Shown here piece after piece: positions 1-8,492 of a DNA stretch of 64,000 nt. The DNA lies in NCBI GenBank assembly GCA_036657595.1, contig JAVXFZ010000008.1:108-64107 (forward strand), written 5' to 3'. The translations under genes were made by a program, and so were the position numbers. The notes under the pieces are model-generated. The model saw only the letters and a list, made by a program, of their open reading frames with translations, searched no databases and had not been told where the DNA came from. How positions within the stretch are numbered: the first letter of the stretch is position 1; each line of letters opens with the position of its first letter. The stretch comes from Odoribacter sp. GTDB taxonomy: Bacteria > Bacteroidota > Bacteroidia > Bacteroidales > Marinifilaceae.

Positions 1-538
1 TCCGAATTTGCCCTACAGCCATTGGCTGGTCGTATTGTTTATCATATTCTTGTTTGTCTTTCCAAAACATTTCTTTAGTCTGATGCTTCAATTCTCTTAT
101 CCAATAATTAAAATCACTATATCTCTTACTTTCAGCCACCTCTATCTTTCCGATTGTTATTGATTTGTCTGCCGAAACATTCCCGTATTGATCCGTTTTC
201 GTTGTTTGAATCGTAATATAGATATATTGAGAGTTAGCGCTTTCGGTTGCAATTTTATAAACGAACTTATCCAATTTATTAAATGAGAAATTGCCAAAAT
301 CTACGCCAAACATACTACCTACTCCCATTGAATAACGGGGAAAGTTAGACACGAATATTTCATTGTTCTTAAAGGTAACTTTAGCCTCTCCAATCGTTGT
401 TGTTGTTGTTAAATAACTGAATATATCAACCTTTATTGTTTTAATGGTTATCACATCTATTATACAGATTATCACTATGAACGCTGGAAGCAATACACTA
501 AGAAATTCTATTCCATCTATAACTTTATCTATTTTCAT
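1..538 (-). CDS. Hypothetical protein with N-terminal hydrophobic anchor, partial (runs off the window start)
   Basis: Manual translation from ATG at 538 is open to base 1 (~179 codons): MKIDKVIDGIEFLSVLLPAFIVIICIIDVITIKTIKVDIFSYLTTTTTIGEAKVTFKNNEIF...; AT-rich; not in the ORF track. Confidence 0.65.
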   Translation of the reverse strand, partial: MKIDKVIDGIEFLSVLLPAFIVIICIIDVITIKTIKVDIFSYLTTTTTIGEAKVTFKNNEIFVSNFPRYSMGVGSMFGVDFGNFSFNKLDKFVYKIATESANSQYIYITIQTTKTDQYGNVSADKSITIGKIEVAESKRYSDFNYWIRELKHQTKEMFWKDKQEYDKQYDQPMAVGQIR

Positions 539-545
539 TGGATAT

Positions 546-737
546 TTATTTATATAAAAACTTATTCAATAGTTTGATAATCTCATCTCCTCTCGTCTTT
601 TCTGATTGAGATAAATTATCCCTACCCGACAAAACAGAAAGGACACCTTTCAAGATTGAAAGCAATTCGTCTTCCAACACCTTCAAAATGTCTTGTAAAG
701 GTAGAAAACATAATTGGGAAATGCAATGGCATAACAC
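546..737 (-). CDS. Short hypothetical ORF or gene fragment
   Basis: 63-aa ORF from a GTG, stopping 8 bp before the next minus-strand ORF; the frame is open ~20 codons further upstream without a start codon. Confidence 0.25.
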   Translation of the reverse strand: MLCHCISQLCFLPLQDILKVLEDELLSILKGVLSVLSGRDNLSQSEKTRGDEIIKLLNKFLYK

Positions 738-1004
738 CTCTTTTTCGGGGTTGTTGCAAATACAAAGTTCTCCTGCAATAGTTTGACCAATGGATTCAAA
801 ACTTTATTCTTCGTAAATTGGAGTAGACGATTTTGTTGTTTACGCCTGTGTGGTTTTGGAAATGGCATATTACAATTATATATGGCATTTAATTATCGAC
901 TTCCTGTCAGCCTAAAAACCAAAGGTTACAGATTTATCATCGAATTGCAAAGCCCCTAATTTCAGTAGCTTATAGTTCCATTAAAGAGATGTACAGACCG
1001 CATT

Positions 1005-1200
1005 TTACACCTTTGCAATTCGCTGGATCACGTCGTCTATATAGATATCCAGCTGCTCCTCGGCGGCATCATCTTCGATTTTCTGGATATCGAATACCTC
1101 AACCACTTCGCGAGGCAGAAAGCTATGTATGGTTTCCTGTAATTCCATATTGCAAAAATAAAAACAAAATATTTCATCAACAAGAATTACCGCTTGATCC
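1005..1200 (-). mobile_element. Truncated IS remnant (ISL3/ISAon1-like N-terminal ORF, 1148-1005, plus putative left end at 1200)
   Basis: MELQETIHSFLPREVVEVFDIQKIEDDAAEEQLDIYIDD resembles the small N-terminal ORF of Bacteroidetes ISAon1-type elements (LP..v.yFDi.k.e....L.iy.dE); putative end GGATCAAGCGG at 1200; TAttTTTG promoter box at 1160-1153. Confidence 0.5.
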
Positions 1201-1437
1201 GGTAATTTGGGTGTTATGCTCAAACGGGAGATCGCAGTTACAAGGTTGATCTTCGTTGATTGTTTGGTTTTGCTTGTACTTTTTAGGAATAAAGAAGCCA
1301 ACAATGCACAATAAAGATGTCCATAGGCATTGGATTGTTATAACAGTCCAAGTAATGGCAGTTAGGGCAGCTCCTATAATGATAATAATACCAATAGTTC
1401 AACCGATGCCCCATAATATAGCATTCACGACAACCAT
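1177..1437 (-). pseudogene. Small membrane protein interrupted by an in-frame TGA (1401-1399)
   Basis: MVVVNAILWGIG*TIGIIIIIGAALTAITWTVITIQCLWTSLLCIVGFFIPKKYKQNQ...; hydrophobic sequence continues in frame across the TGA; 3' end runs into the IS end at 1200. Confidence 0.4.
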
Positions 1438-1462
1438 TGCATTTCTTGTAAAGATATAAAAA

Positions 1463-1684
1463 ATGGACAATAGCGCAGCATATACACTGAATATTAACAG
1501 TAATGGTGAGGTAGTTATCAATAAAATTGCAACTGCTTGCAATGGTGCATCTGGTAAAATAAGTAAATTAACAGAAGCCTTACATCGTATGGGCGACAAC
1601 ACCCTGAAGTTGGGGCTTGAAAATCTTTCCGTTTCATTAGACAATGCCATCGCGCCCGATGTGGAAGAGCAGTTGATTGCTTAA
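1463..1684 (+). pseudogene. Probable N-terminal fragment of a phage tail tape-measure protein
   Basis: MDNSAAYTLNINSNGEVVINKIA...LENLSVSLDNAIAP resembles N-termini of Bacteroidales prophage tape-measure proteins (from memory); stops after only 73 aa. Confidence 0.4.
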
Positions 1685-1730
1685 CTTTTTCGGCAGATAA
1701 AGTTTGGAAGTTCAATGAGAGTCATTTAAA

Positions 1731-1777
1731 AAAAGCTGCCGAATTTGTTGATTTTTATTCAACAATCGGCAGCTTTT
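1731..1777 (-). terminator. Intrinsic terminator of the ser operon (possibly bidirectional)
   Basis: AAAAGCTGCCGA-ATTTGTTGA...TCAACAA-TCGGCAGCTTTT inverted repeat flanked by A/T runs. Confidence 0.8.
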
Positions 1778-1816
1778 ACACGATTTTATCTTGAGCGTAA
1801 TGCTATATTCGATAAA

Positions 1817-3067
1817 TCAAATTTTGTGAATGACCAATCCAGAACGTAATTTTGGTTCAAACCAGGTGGTCTTTGGAGGCATAATATTGCCGGTATCGGC
1901 AATGTTTAGTAATTGTGCCATTGATACAGGATAAAGAGCAAAGGCAACTTTCATTTCACCATTATCTACCCGTTTTTTCAATTCGGCTAATCCTCGGATT
2001 CCTCCGACGAAATCAATGCGTTTGGAGGTTCTTAAATCCTGAATGTCCAGAATGTTTGCCAATACGTGTTTTGACAGAATGGTTACGTCCAATACTTCGA
2101 TCGGGTCAGCATCATTATATGCTCCGGTTTTAGCAGTTAAGCGATACCATTTTCCGGCAAGGTACATACTGAATTCGTGCAATTTGGCAGGATGATAAAT
2201 TTCTTTACCCATTTCTTCTACCTTAAATTGTGTTTTCAGTTTATCCAATAATTGTGTTTCGCTCAAACCATTCAGGTCTTTCACTACCCGATTGTAATCA
2301 ATAATTTTCAATTGTGAATCCGGAAAATGAACAGCCATAAAGAAGTTGTATTCCTCGTTTCCTGTGTGATGTGGATTCTTTGCGGTATATTCTGCACCAA
2401 TTCGTGCCGCCGCCGCCGTACGATGGTGACCGTCCGCTACATAGGTGCAAGGCACTTTTGTAGCAAATAATTCTTCCAATCGTTTATTTGTTTCCGGGCA
2501 ATTAATTACCCAAAAGTGATGACCAAAGCCATCTTCTGCGACGAAATCGTAATCTGCTTTTTGTTTTTTTACAATATTCTCAACGATCGCATCAATTTCC
2601 GGTACGGCACGATATGAAAAGAATACTGGTTCTAAATTAGCATTAACGTAGCGAGTCAGGATCATTCGATCTTCTTCTTTATCGGGGCGGGTTAATTCGT
2701 GTTTTTTGATGATACCGTTTGTATAATCGGCACAAGCAGCACAGCCTACAATTCCATATTGTGTTCGTCCGTCCATTGTCTGGGCGTAGATGTAGAATTT
2801 TGCCTCTTCATCTTGCACCAGCCATCCTTTTTCTTGAAACATTTTAAAGTTTTCAACACTCTTATTATATACGATTTCAGAGTGAACATCAGTCCCGGCA
2901 GGACAATCAATTTCAGCACGGGTTACGTGAAGTAATGAACGAGGTTTGCCCGCAGCCATCTGTGCTGCTTCTTCTGAATTCATTACATCATACGGCAGAC
3001 AGGCGAGTTCTTCACACACTTTTTGGTTGGGAGTACGTAAGCCTTTAAATGGTTTTACTATTGCCAT
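1817..3067 (-). CDS. DUF1015 family protein (ParB/Srx-like, DGHHR motif), serine-biosynthesis associated
   Basis: 416 aa; starts MAIVKPFKGLR, has YVADGHHR and MPPKTTWFEPKLRSGL; third gene after serC-serA. Confidence 0.85.
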   Translation of the reverse strand: MAIVKPFKGLRTPNQKVCEELACLPYDVMNSEEAAQMAAGKPRSLLHVTRAEIDCPAGTDVHSEIVYNKSVENFKMFQEKGWLVQDEEAKFYIYAQTMDGRTQYGIVGCAACADYTNGIIKKHELTRPDKEEDRMILTRYVNANLEPVFFSYRAVPEIDAIVENIVKKQKADYDFVAEDGFGHHFWVINCPETNKRLEELFATKVPCTYVADGHHRTAAAARIGAEYTAKNPHHTGNEEYNFFMAVHFPDSQLKIIDYNRVVKDLNGLSETQLLDKLKTQFKVEEMGKEIYHPAKLHEFSMYLAGKWYRLTAKTGAYNDADPIEVLDVTILSKHVLANILDIQDLRTSKRIDFVGGIRGLAELKKRVDNGEMKVAFALYPVSMAQLLNIADTGNIMPPKTTWFEPKLRSGLVIHKI

Positions 3068-3071
3068 ATTT

Positions 3072-3120
3072 TTATAAGTTATAAGTTAACGAATTATAAA
3101 TTACAAGATATAAATTACAA
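3072..3120. repeat. Degenerate 7-bp-period tandem repeat
   Basis: TTATAAG x2, then ATTATAAATTACAA / GATATAAATTACAA. Confidence 0.6.
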
Positions 3121-3130
3121 ATAAAAAATA

Positions 3131-3175
3131 AAAAAGGTTGACAGATACAATTTATTTGTAATCTGTCAACCTTTT
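3131..3175 (-). terminator. Terminator-like hairpin between serA and DUF1015
   Basis: AAAAGGTTGACAGAT...ATCTGTCAACCTTTT. Confidence 0.7.
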
Positions 3176-3188
3176 ATCTGTCACAGAT

Positions 3189-4109
3189 TTATTTATTTAC
3201 CTGGAATGTTTTATCTCCTTTTTCAAAGAATTCAACAATCTGGCGAGCTGCAGCTAATCCTGCATTTACATTTGCTTCAGATGTTTGTGCTCCCATTTTT
3301 TTAGGTGTAAAGAAATAACGCCCAGCAAACGGAGCAAAATCAGCGGCACAGTCGGGTGCAATGTCAGAAACATATTTCAGGTCTGTCCGTTCTGCCATCG
3401 CTTTTAGCATACCTTCTTCATCAATGACTTCCTTGCGGGCAGTATTAACTAAAGTAGCTCCTTTCGGCATAGCGGTTAGCAGGTCGTAGCCAATAGATTT
3501 TTTTGTATCGGCTTTTGATGGAATGTTTAAGGATACATAGTCGCAAGCAGCATAGAATTTTTTCAAATCTCTTTCTGCTTCAGCTCCGGCAGCGTGAATA
3601 TATTCGGTACTTTTAGAGGGGGCATAAGCTATAACTTTCATTCCGAAAGATTTAGCCAATCCTGCTACAATTTTACCGATATTTCCTAATCCGTGAATAC
3701 CCATTGTTTTACCGGATAATTCAGAACCTGATTTTCCGTCAAAGCAGCTGCGAGCCATAAAGATCATTAATCCCATAACGAGTTCAGCCACAGCATTGGA
3801 GTTTTGTCCCGGGGTGTTCATTGCAACGACACCTTTGGCGGTACAAGCTTCGAGGTCGATATTGTCGTATCCGGCACCGGCACGTACAATTATTTTCAGC
3901 TTTTTAGCAGCGTCAATCACCTCTTTGGTTGCTTTATCCGAGCGGATAATCATTGCGTCAACATCAGCAACAGCAGCGATTAGTTCAGCCGGCGAGGTGT
4001 ATTTTTCTAATAATACCAATTGGTATCCTTGTTTTTCTACAATTTCACGAATTCCTTTTACTGCAATAGCTGCAAAAGGTTTATCTGTGGCAATTAATAC
4101 TTTTTTCAT
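3189..4109 (-). CDS. serA: D-3-phosphoglycerate dehydrogenase (D-isomer 2-hydroxyacid dehydrogenase)
   Basis: RAGAGYDNID, NTPGQNSNAVAEL, GxGxxG (GLGNIG), NTARKE motifs; directly downstream of serC. Confidence 0.8.
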   Translation of the reverse strand: MKKVLIATDKPFAAIAVKGIREIVEKQGYQLVLLEKYTSPAELIAAVADVDAMIIRSDKATKEVIDAAKKLKIIVRAGAGYDNIDLEACTAKGVVAMNTPGQNSNAVAELVMGLMIFMARSCFDGKSGSELSGKTMGIHGLGNIGKIVAGLAKSFGMKVIAYAPSKSTEYIHAAGAEAERDLKKFYAACDYVSLNIPSKADTKKSIGYDLLTAMPKGATLVNTARKEVIDEEGMLKAMAERTDLKYVSDIAPDCAADFAPFAGRYFFTPKKMGAQTSEANVNAGLAAARQIVEFFEKGDKTFQVNK

Positions 4110-4189
4110 AATGATAATAAGCTGTAAAGTCTATAAAGCCATAAGGTCTATAAAGAATATTTATAAACCTTATGAGCTTTCAGAGTAAA

Positions 4190-5266
4190 TTATTTATGTT
4201 GAGCTTCAAATTCGTCCATAGCGGCAATTAAAGCTTTTACGTCTTCAATTGTGCAAGCGTTGTAAGTAGAAGCACGGAATCCACCAACAGAGCGGTGTCC
4301 TTTCACACCAACGATGTTTTTAGCCTTGCAGTAATCAAGGAATTCTTTTTCAAGACTTTCATATCCTTCTCTTAATAAGAATGGGATATTCATTCTGGAG
4401 CGAGAACCTTCTTCAACAACCGGGCGGAACATTTTGCTCTTTTCAAAAGCATTGTATAATAAGTCAGCTCTTTCGATAGCCAATTTTTCCATTGCTTTAA
4501 CACCACCCATTTTTTTAATCCATTTCAGGGTTTCGCCAACAGCAAAGATGTTGATACAAGGAGGAGTGTTGAACATTGAACCTTCATCCACGTGAGTCTG
4601 GTATTTCAACATTGTAGGGATCTTACGATCTTTAACCGTTTTGTCCAAATAATCGTTACGGATGATGACGAAAGTAGCTCCGGCAGGTCCGAGGTTCTTC
4701 TGACAACCACCATAAATCATAAAATATTTAGACACGTCAACCGGGCGGCTGCAAATGTCTGATGACATATCGGCAATCATAGGAACCGGGCTGTTCAGAT
4801 CTTCAAAGATCTCTGTTCCACGGATGGTATTGTTAGATGTGATATGTAAGTAATCTACATCTGCCGGGATTTTAAATCCTTTTGGGTAATAGGTGTGATT
4901 TTTATCTTCAGAAGAAGCAATTACTTCTACATCACCCCATAATTTAGCTTCAGTGATAGCTTTTTTAGACCAGGTTCCGGTATTTACGTAAGCAGCTTTT
5001 TTACCTAAAAAGTTGTAAGGAACCATACAGAACTGCATACTGGCACCACCTCCGAGGAAGATGACAGAATAATTATCCGGAATGCTCAGTACTTCTTTAA
5101 AAAGAGCTACTGTTTCATCGTAGATAGCCTGGAAATCACTTGAACGGTGAGATACTTCCAATAAAGACTGTCCGCAATGTCCCATTTCAAGAATTGCTTT
5201 TGAAGTGTTTTCCAAAGTTGAATCCGGTAACTTACAGGGTCCTGCATTAAAAATATGTTTTCTCAT
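4190..5266 (-). CDS. serC: Phosphoserine aminotransferase
   Basis: Starts at ATG 5266, [10 protein letters not shown]; [21 protein letters not shown] (PLP lysine), [15 protein letters not shown] motifs. Confidence 0.95.
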   Translation of the reverse strand: MRKHIFNAGPCKLPDSTLENTSKAILEMGHCGQSLLEVSHRSSDFQAIYDETVALFKEVLSIPDNYSVIFLGGGASMQFCMVPYNFLGKKAAYVNTGTWSKKAITEAKLWGDVEVIASSEDKNHTYYPKGFKIPADVDYLHITSNNTIRGTEIFEDLNSPVPMIADMSSDICSRPVDVSKYFMIYGGCQKNLGPAGATFVIIRNDYLDKTVKDRKIPTMLKYQTHVDEGSMFNTPPCINIFAVGETLKWIKKMGGVKAMEKLAIERADLLYNAFEKSKMFRPVVEEGSRSRMNIPFLLREGYESLEKEFLDYCKAKNIVGVKGHRSVGGFRASTYNACTIEDVKALIAAMDEFEAQHK

Positions 5267-5420
5267 GTTGTAATAATTTAAAAAAGTTATATTATTTAAT
5301 ATCAATGTTTATCAGCAACGTTACAAATATGCGAAATTTCAATCAATAACTATGATTCTTATTGATAAATGTTCGTATTTGCTTTTAATTTAAGACAAAT
5401 TCGTGCAAACGATTTCATCT

Positions 5421-5455
5421 GTTTCTAAAATAGCGGGACATTAAAGTCCCGCGAT
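5421..5455 (-). terminator. Intrinsic terminator after gcvT
   Basis: GCGGGAC-ATTAAA-GTCCCGC hairpin just past the gcvT stop. Confidence 0.6.
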
Positions 5456-5460
5456 ATTGA

Positions 5461-6561
5461 TTAAAAAAAGGGAGTTTTCACCACTTTTGCTTTCAATGCT
5501 TTATTTCTGACGCGGATAAAAATCTCGGAATCCAATTTATGGAATCCACTTTTTACGTATCCGGTTCCGATAGATTTTCCGGTTAATGGAGATACCGTAC
5601 CGGAGCAAACCACACCAATTTCATTTCCTTCTGCATCTTCGATCGGATATCCCTGACGTGCGATGCCTTTATCTAAAACCTCGAAAGGTTTCATATAACG
5701 GGTCGGTTTGTCATTTTTGATCTTTTCGTGATATTCCCGCATAATGAAATCATTTCCCGGAACAAATTTTGTAATCCATCCCAAACCGGCTTCGATAGGA
5801 GAGTGGTCGTCGTCAATTTCGTGACCATATAAGCAAAATCCGGCTTCCAAACGCAAGGTATCTCTGGCACCTAAACCTATGGGCTGAATACCAAATTCTT
5901 TGCCTGCTTCAAAAACTGCATTCCACAGTTTTTCCGCATCTTTATTGTAAGCATACACTTCACAACCACCCGAACCGGTATAGCCGGTTGTAGAGAAGAT
6001 CACTTTGTCGATGCCGGCAAAAGGTATTTCTTTGAAGGTATAATATTCCATATCTTCGACACTTGCGGATGTTAGCTTTTGCATTGCTTTGAGAGCTAAC
6101 GGACCTTGAATGGCTAATTGGCAGATGTTGTCTGAAGCATTTTCCAGTTCCACACCGGGCTTCATACCTAATTCCTGTCCGTGTTTCACCACCCAATTCC
6201 AATCTTTTTCAATATTAGCAGCATTTACTACCAGTAGATACTTTTCTTTTCCGAAACGATATACCAGCAAATCATCTACGATGCCGCCGCAATCATTGGA
6301 GAAACAGCTATACTGTATCTTTCCGTCCGTTAAGGCAGCTACGTCGTTTGTGGTTAATTTCTGTACTAATTCGAAGGCTTTTGGACCTTTGATCCAAAAT
6401 TCTCCCATATGGGAAACATCAAAAACGCCTAATTTTTCACGAACTGTCAAGTGTTCGTTTTTAATACCGGTAGGGTATTCTATCGGCATATTGTATCCGG
6501 CAAATGGGGACATTCGTGCGCCAAGTGCTTCGTGGAAATGAGTAAAAGGAGTCGTCTTCAT
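5461..6561 (-). CDS. gcvT: Glycine cleavage system aminomethyltransferase T
   Basis: [38 protein letters not shown] motifs; 366 aa. Confidence 0.95.
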   Translation of the reverse strand: MKTTPFTHFHEALGARMSPFAGYNMPIEYPTGIKNEHLTVREKLGVFDVSHMGEFWIKGPKAFELVQKLTTNDVAALTDGKIQYSCFSNDCGGIVDDLLVYRFGKEKYLLVVNAANIEKDWNWVVKHGQELGMKPGVELENASDNICQLAIQGPLALKAMQKLTSASVEDMEYYTFKEIPFAGIDKVIFSTTGYTGSGGCEVYAYNKDAEKLWNAVFEAGKEFGIQPIGLGARDTLRLEAGFCLYGHEIDDDHSPIEAGLGWITKFVPGNDFIMREYHEKIKNDKPTRYMKPFEVLDKGIARQGYPIEDAEGNEIGVVCSGTVSPLTGKSIGTGYVKSGFHKLDSEIFIRVRNKALKAKVVKTPFF

Positions 6562-6674
6562 TTATATATATTTTAGTTCATTTATATCCTCATCAAGAGT
6601 TGGGTGATACATTTCAAAAACGCAATACTTTTCACTCCCGAACGATTTTTTAAATGTCGGTACGCAAAACGTTA

Positions 6675-6682
6675 CAAAGATA
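6675..6682 (-). promoter_or_regulatory. Bacteroidetes -7 promoter box for gcvT
   Basis: TATCTTTG on the minus strand matches TAnnTTTG, ~115 bp upstream of the start. Confidence 0.5.
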
Positions 6683-6882
6683 TAATTAATATCCTTTACA
6701 ACTTCTTCTTTTTTGTCTTTTTTTATATAGATATTTTTTGTCATTTCTTGTGAAAAATATTTGTTTTTTCTTACGATTTATTATACTTTCGGCAAATTAT
6801 TGTTCTTTTCATACAATGAAATGATGGAAGTAAGTAATGATAATAATTTTAAATGAATGCTACTAACTAAAAAAAAGGAAAA

Positions 6883-7227
6883 ATGCTTACGAAATTAACA
6901 GAGCAAGATGGGTGTATAATTGTAAAATTTATAGACCAAAGAAGATTTACTCTTATTTCTTCTGATGAGGTGAAATCAGAATTAAAACCGTTTTTACTTC
7001 AGAAAGGTTCTAAATTGGTTTTTGATTTGCAAAATATTGAATTTATTGACAGTAGCGCAATCGGTTGCATGATGACTTTGTCGAAAATGGGTAATAGTAA
7101 TCACTCAGAGATTAAATTTTGTAATTTGTCGCAAGGAGTGATAAAAACAATAGACATATTGCGTGTCGCTGATATTTTAGATATAGAAAAGGATATAAAA
7201 ACTTCTATTCAAAATTTTTCCAAGTGA
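6883..7227 (+). CDS. STAS domain protein / anti-sigma factor antagonist
   Basis: DLQNIEFIDSSAIG matches the STAS D-x-x-x-V-x-F-I-D-S-S-G phospho-serine motif; 114 aa. Confidence 0.85.
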   Translation: MLTKLTEQDGCIIVKFIDQRRFTLISSDEVKSELKPFLLQKGSKLVFDLQNIEFIDSSAIGCMMTLSKMGNSNHSEIKFCNLSQGVIKTIDILRVADILDIEKDIKTSIQNFSK

Positions 7228-7246
7228 GTTGAATATAATAAAAATG

Positions 7247-7279
7247 AAAAAGGCGAACTTGGAAGAGTTCGCCTTTTTT
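7247..7279. terminator. Bidirectional terminator between STAS and OTC genes
   Basis: AAAAAGGCGAACT-TGGAAG-AGTTCGCCTTTTTT. Confidence 0.85.
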
Positions 7280-7296
7280 GTATTACATCAGTTGGT

Positions 7297-8298
7297 TTAG
7301 CAACCTAAGGTAGCAACCATCACTGCTTTAATTGTGTGCATACGATTTTCTGCTTCGTCAAAAACGATAGAATTCGGAGATTCAAAAACCTCTTCGGTTA
7401 CTTCGACACCATTCAGACCGAATTGTTTATGTACATCGCGACCCACTTGTGTTTCCAAATTGTGATATGCCGGCAGACAATGCATAAATTTACAGTTTTT
7501 ATTGCCGGTTAAACTCATTACTTTGGCATTTACTTGGTAAGGTTTCAGTAACTTAATTCTTTCTGCCCATACTTCAGCCGCTTCGCCCATTGACACCCAA
7601 ACGTCTGTATATAAGAAGTCACATCCTTTAACGCCTTCTTCAACATTTTCGGTAACGGTGACTGTTGCACCGGTTTCTTTGGCTATTTCTTTACAAGTAG
7701 CGATCAATTTAGCATCCGGTTGTAAAGCTTTCGGAGCGACAATGCGGACATCCATTCCCATTTTCGCACCACCGACCATCAATGAATTACCCATATTATA
7801 GCGGGCATCACCCAAATAAGCAAAGACCACTTTATTCAATGGTTTGTCTGTATGCTCTGACATTGTCAAAAAGTCTGCCAGAATCTGTGTCGGGTGAAAT
7901 TCATTTGTCAAGCCGTTCCATACCGGTACGCCGGCATATTTAGCCAATTCTTCTACAATGTCCTGACCGAATCCACGATATTCGATACCGTCATACATCC
8001 GTCCTAATACGCGAGCGGTGTCTTTCATTGATTCCTTCACGCCGATTTGCGAACCGGTCGGTCCTAAATAAGTAGTGTGTGCACCTTGGTCATAGGCTGC
8101 CACTTCAAAAGCACAACGTGTACGTGTTGATGTTTTTTCAAATATCAGCGCAATATTTTTCCCTTTCATACGAGGTTCTTCCGTTCCGGCATATTTAGCC
8201 TTTTTTAAATCAGCAGCCAGATTCAACATATATTTAATCTCAGCCGGAGTGAAGTCCAACAACTTCAGAAAATTTCTGTTTCTTAAATTAAAAGCCAT
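7297..8298 (-). CDS. argF: Ornithine carbamoyltransferase (canonical type, probably catabolic ArcB given the arcC neighbour)
   Basis: [20 protein letters not shown] and HCLP motifs. Confidence 0.9.
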   Translation of the reverse strand: MAFNLRNRNFLKLLDFTPAEIKYMLNLAADLKKAKYAGTEEPRMKGKNIALIFEKTSTRTRCAFEVAAYDQGAHTTYLGPTGSQIGVKESMKDTARVLGRMYDGIEYRGFGQDIVEELAKYAGVPVWNGLTNEFHPTQILADFLTMSEHTDKPLNKVVFAYLGDARYNMGNSLMVGGAKMGMDVRIVAPKALQPDAKLIATCKEIAKETGATVTVTENVEEGVKGCDFLYTDVWVSMGEAAEVWAERIKLLKPYQVNAKVMSLTGNKNCKFMHCLPAYHNLETQVGRDVHKQFGLNGVEVTEEVFESPNSIVFDEAENRMHTIKAVMVATLGC

Positions 8299-8351
8299 AA
8301 TCTACTTTATTTTAAATGATAAATTCTAATTTACAGATTAAGATTCATTGA

Positions 8352-8383
8352 CAAAAATATAAAAAATATGCGAATGTATTCAT
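8352..8383 (-). promoter_or_regulatory. OTC -7 box (8359-8352) with adjacent ARG-box-like site
   Basis: TATTTTTG on the minus strand; TGCGAATGTATTCA loosely resembles the TGAAT-N4-ATTCA ArgR core. Confidence 0.35.
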
Positions 8384-8492
8384 CCGCTGACGAGCTAAGT
8401 CGATTGAACGCGGGATTGTTTTTGTAAGCCACTTAATACGAGTGGTTAACAATCGTCAAGATGCGATCAATGTTTTTAGCCGTTTTTAAATT

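Noticed and set aside
6562-6670. Glycine riboswitch upstream of gcvT
   Set aside because: The leader has a GGGAGT/ACTCTT pairing but lacks the GGAGA...CCGAAG...CUCUCAGG consensus of glycine aptamers.
6562-6744. 60-aa minus-strand ORF directly upstream of gcvT
   Set aside because: It spans the gcvT promoter box and leader, is low-complexity AT-rich and has no motif; probably spurious.
8385-8420. Hammerhead ribozyme (CTGACGA core on the plus strand)
   Set aside because: No stem II followed by GAAA and no matching UH cleavage triplet arrangement.
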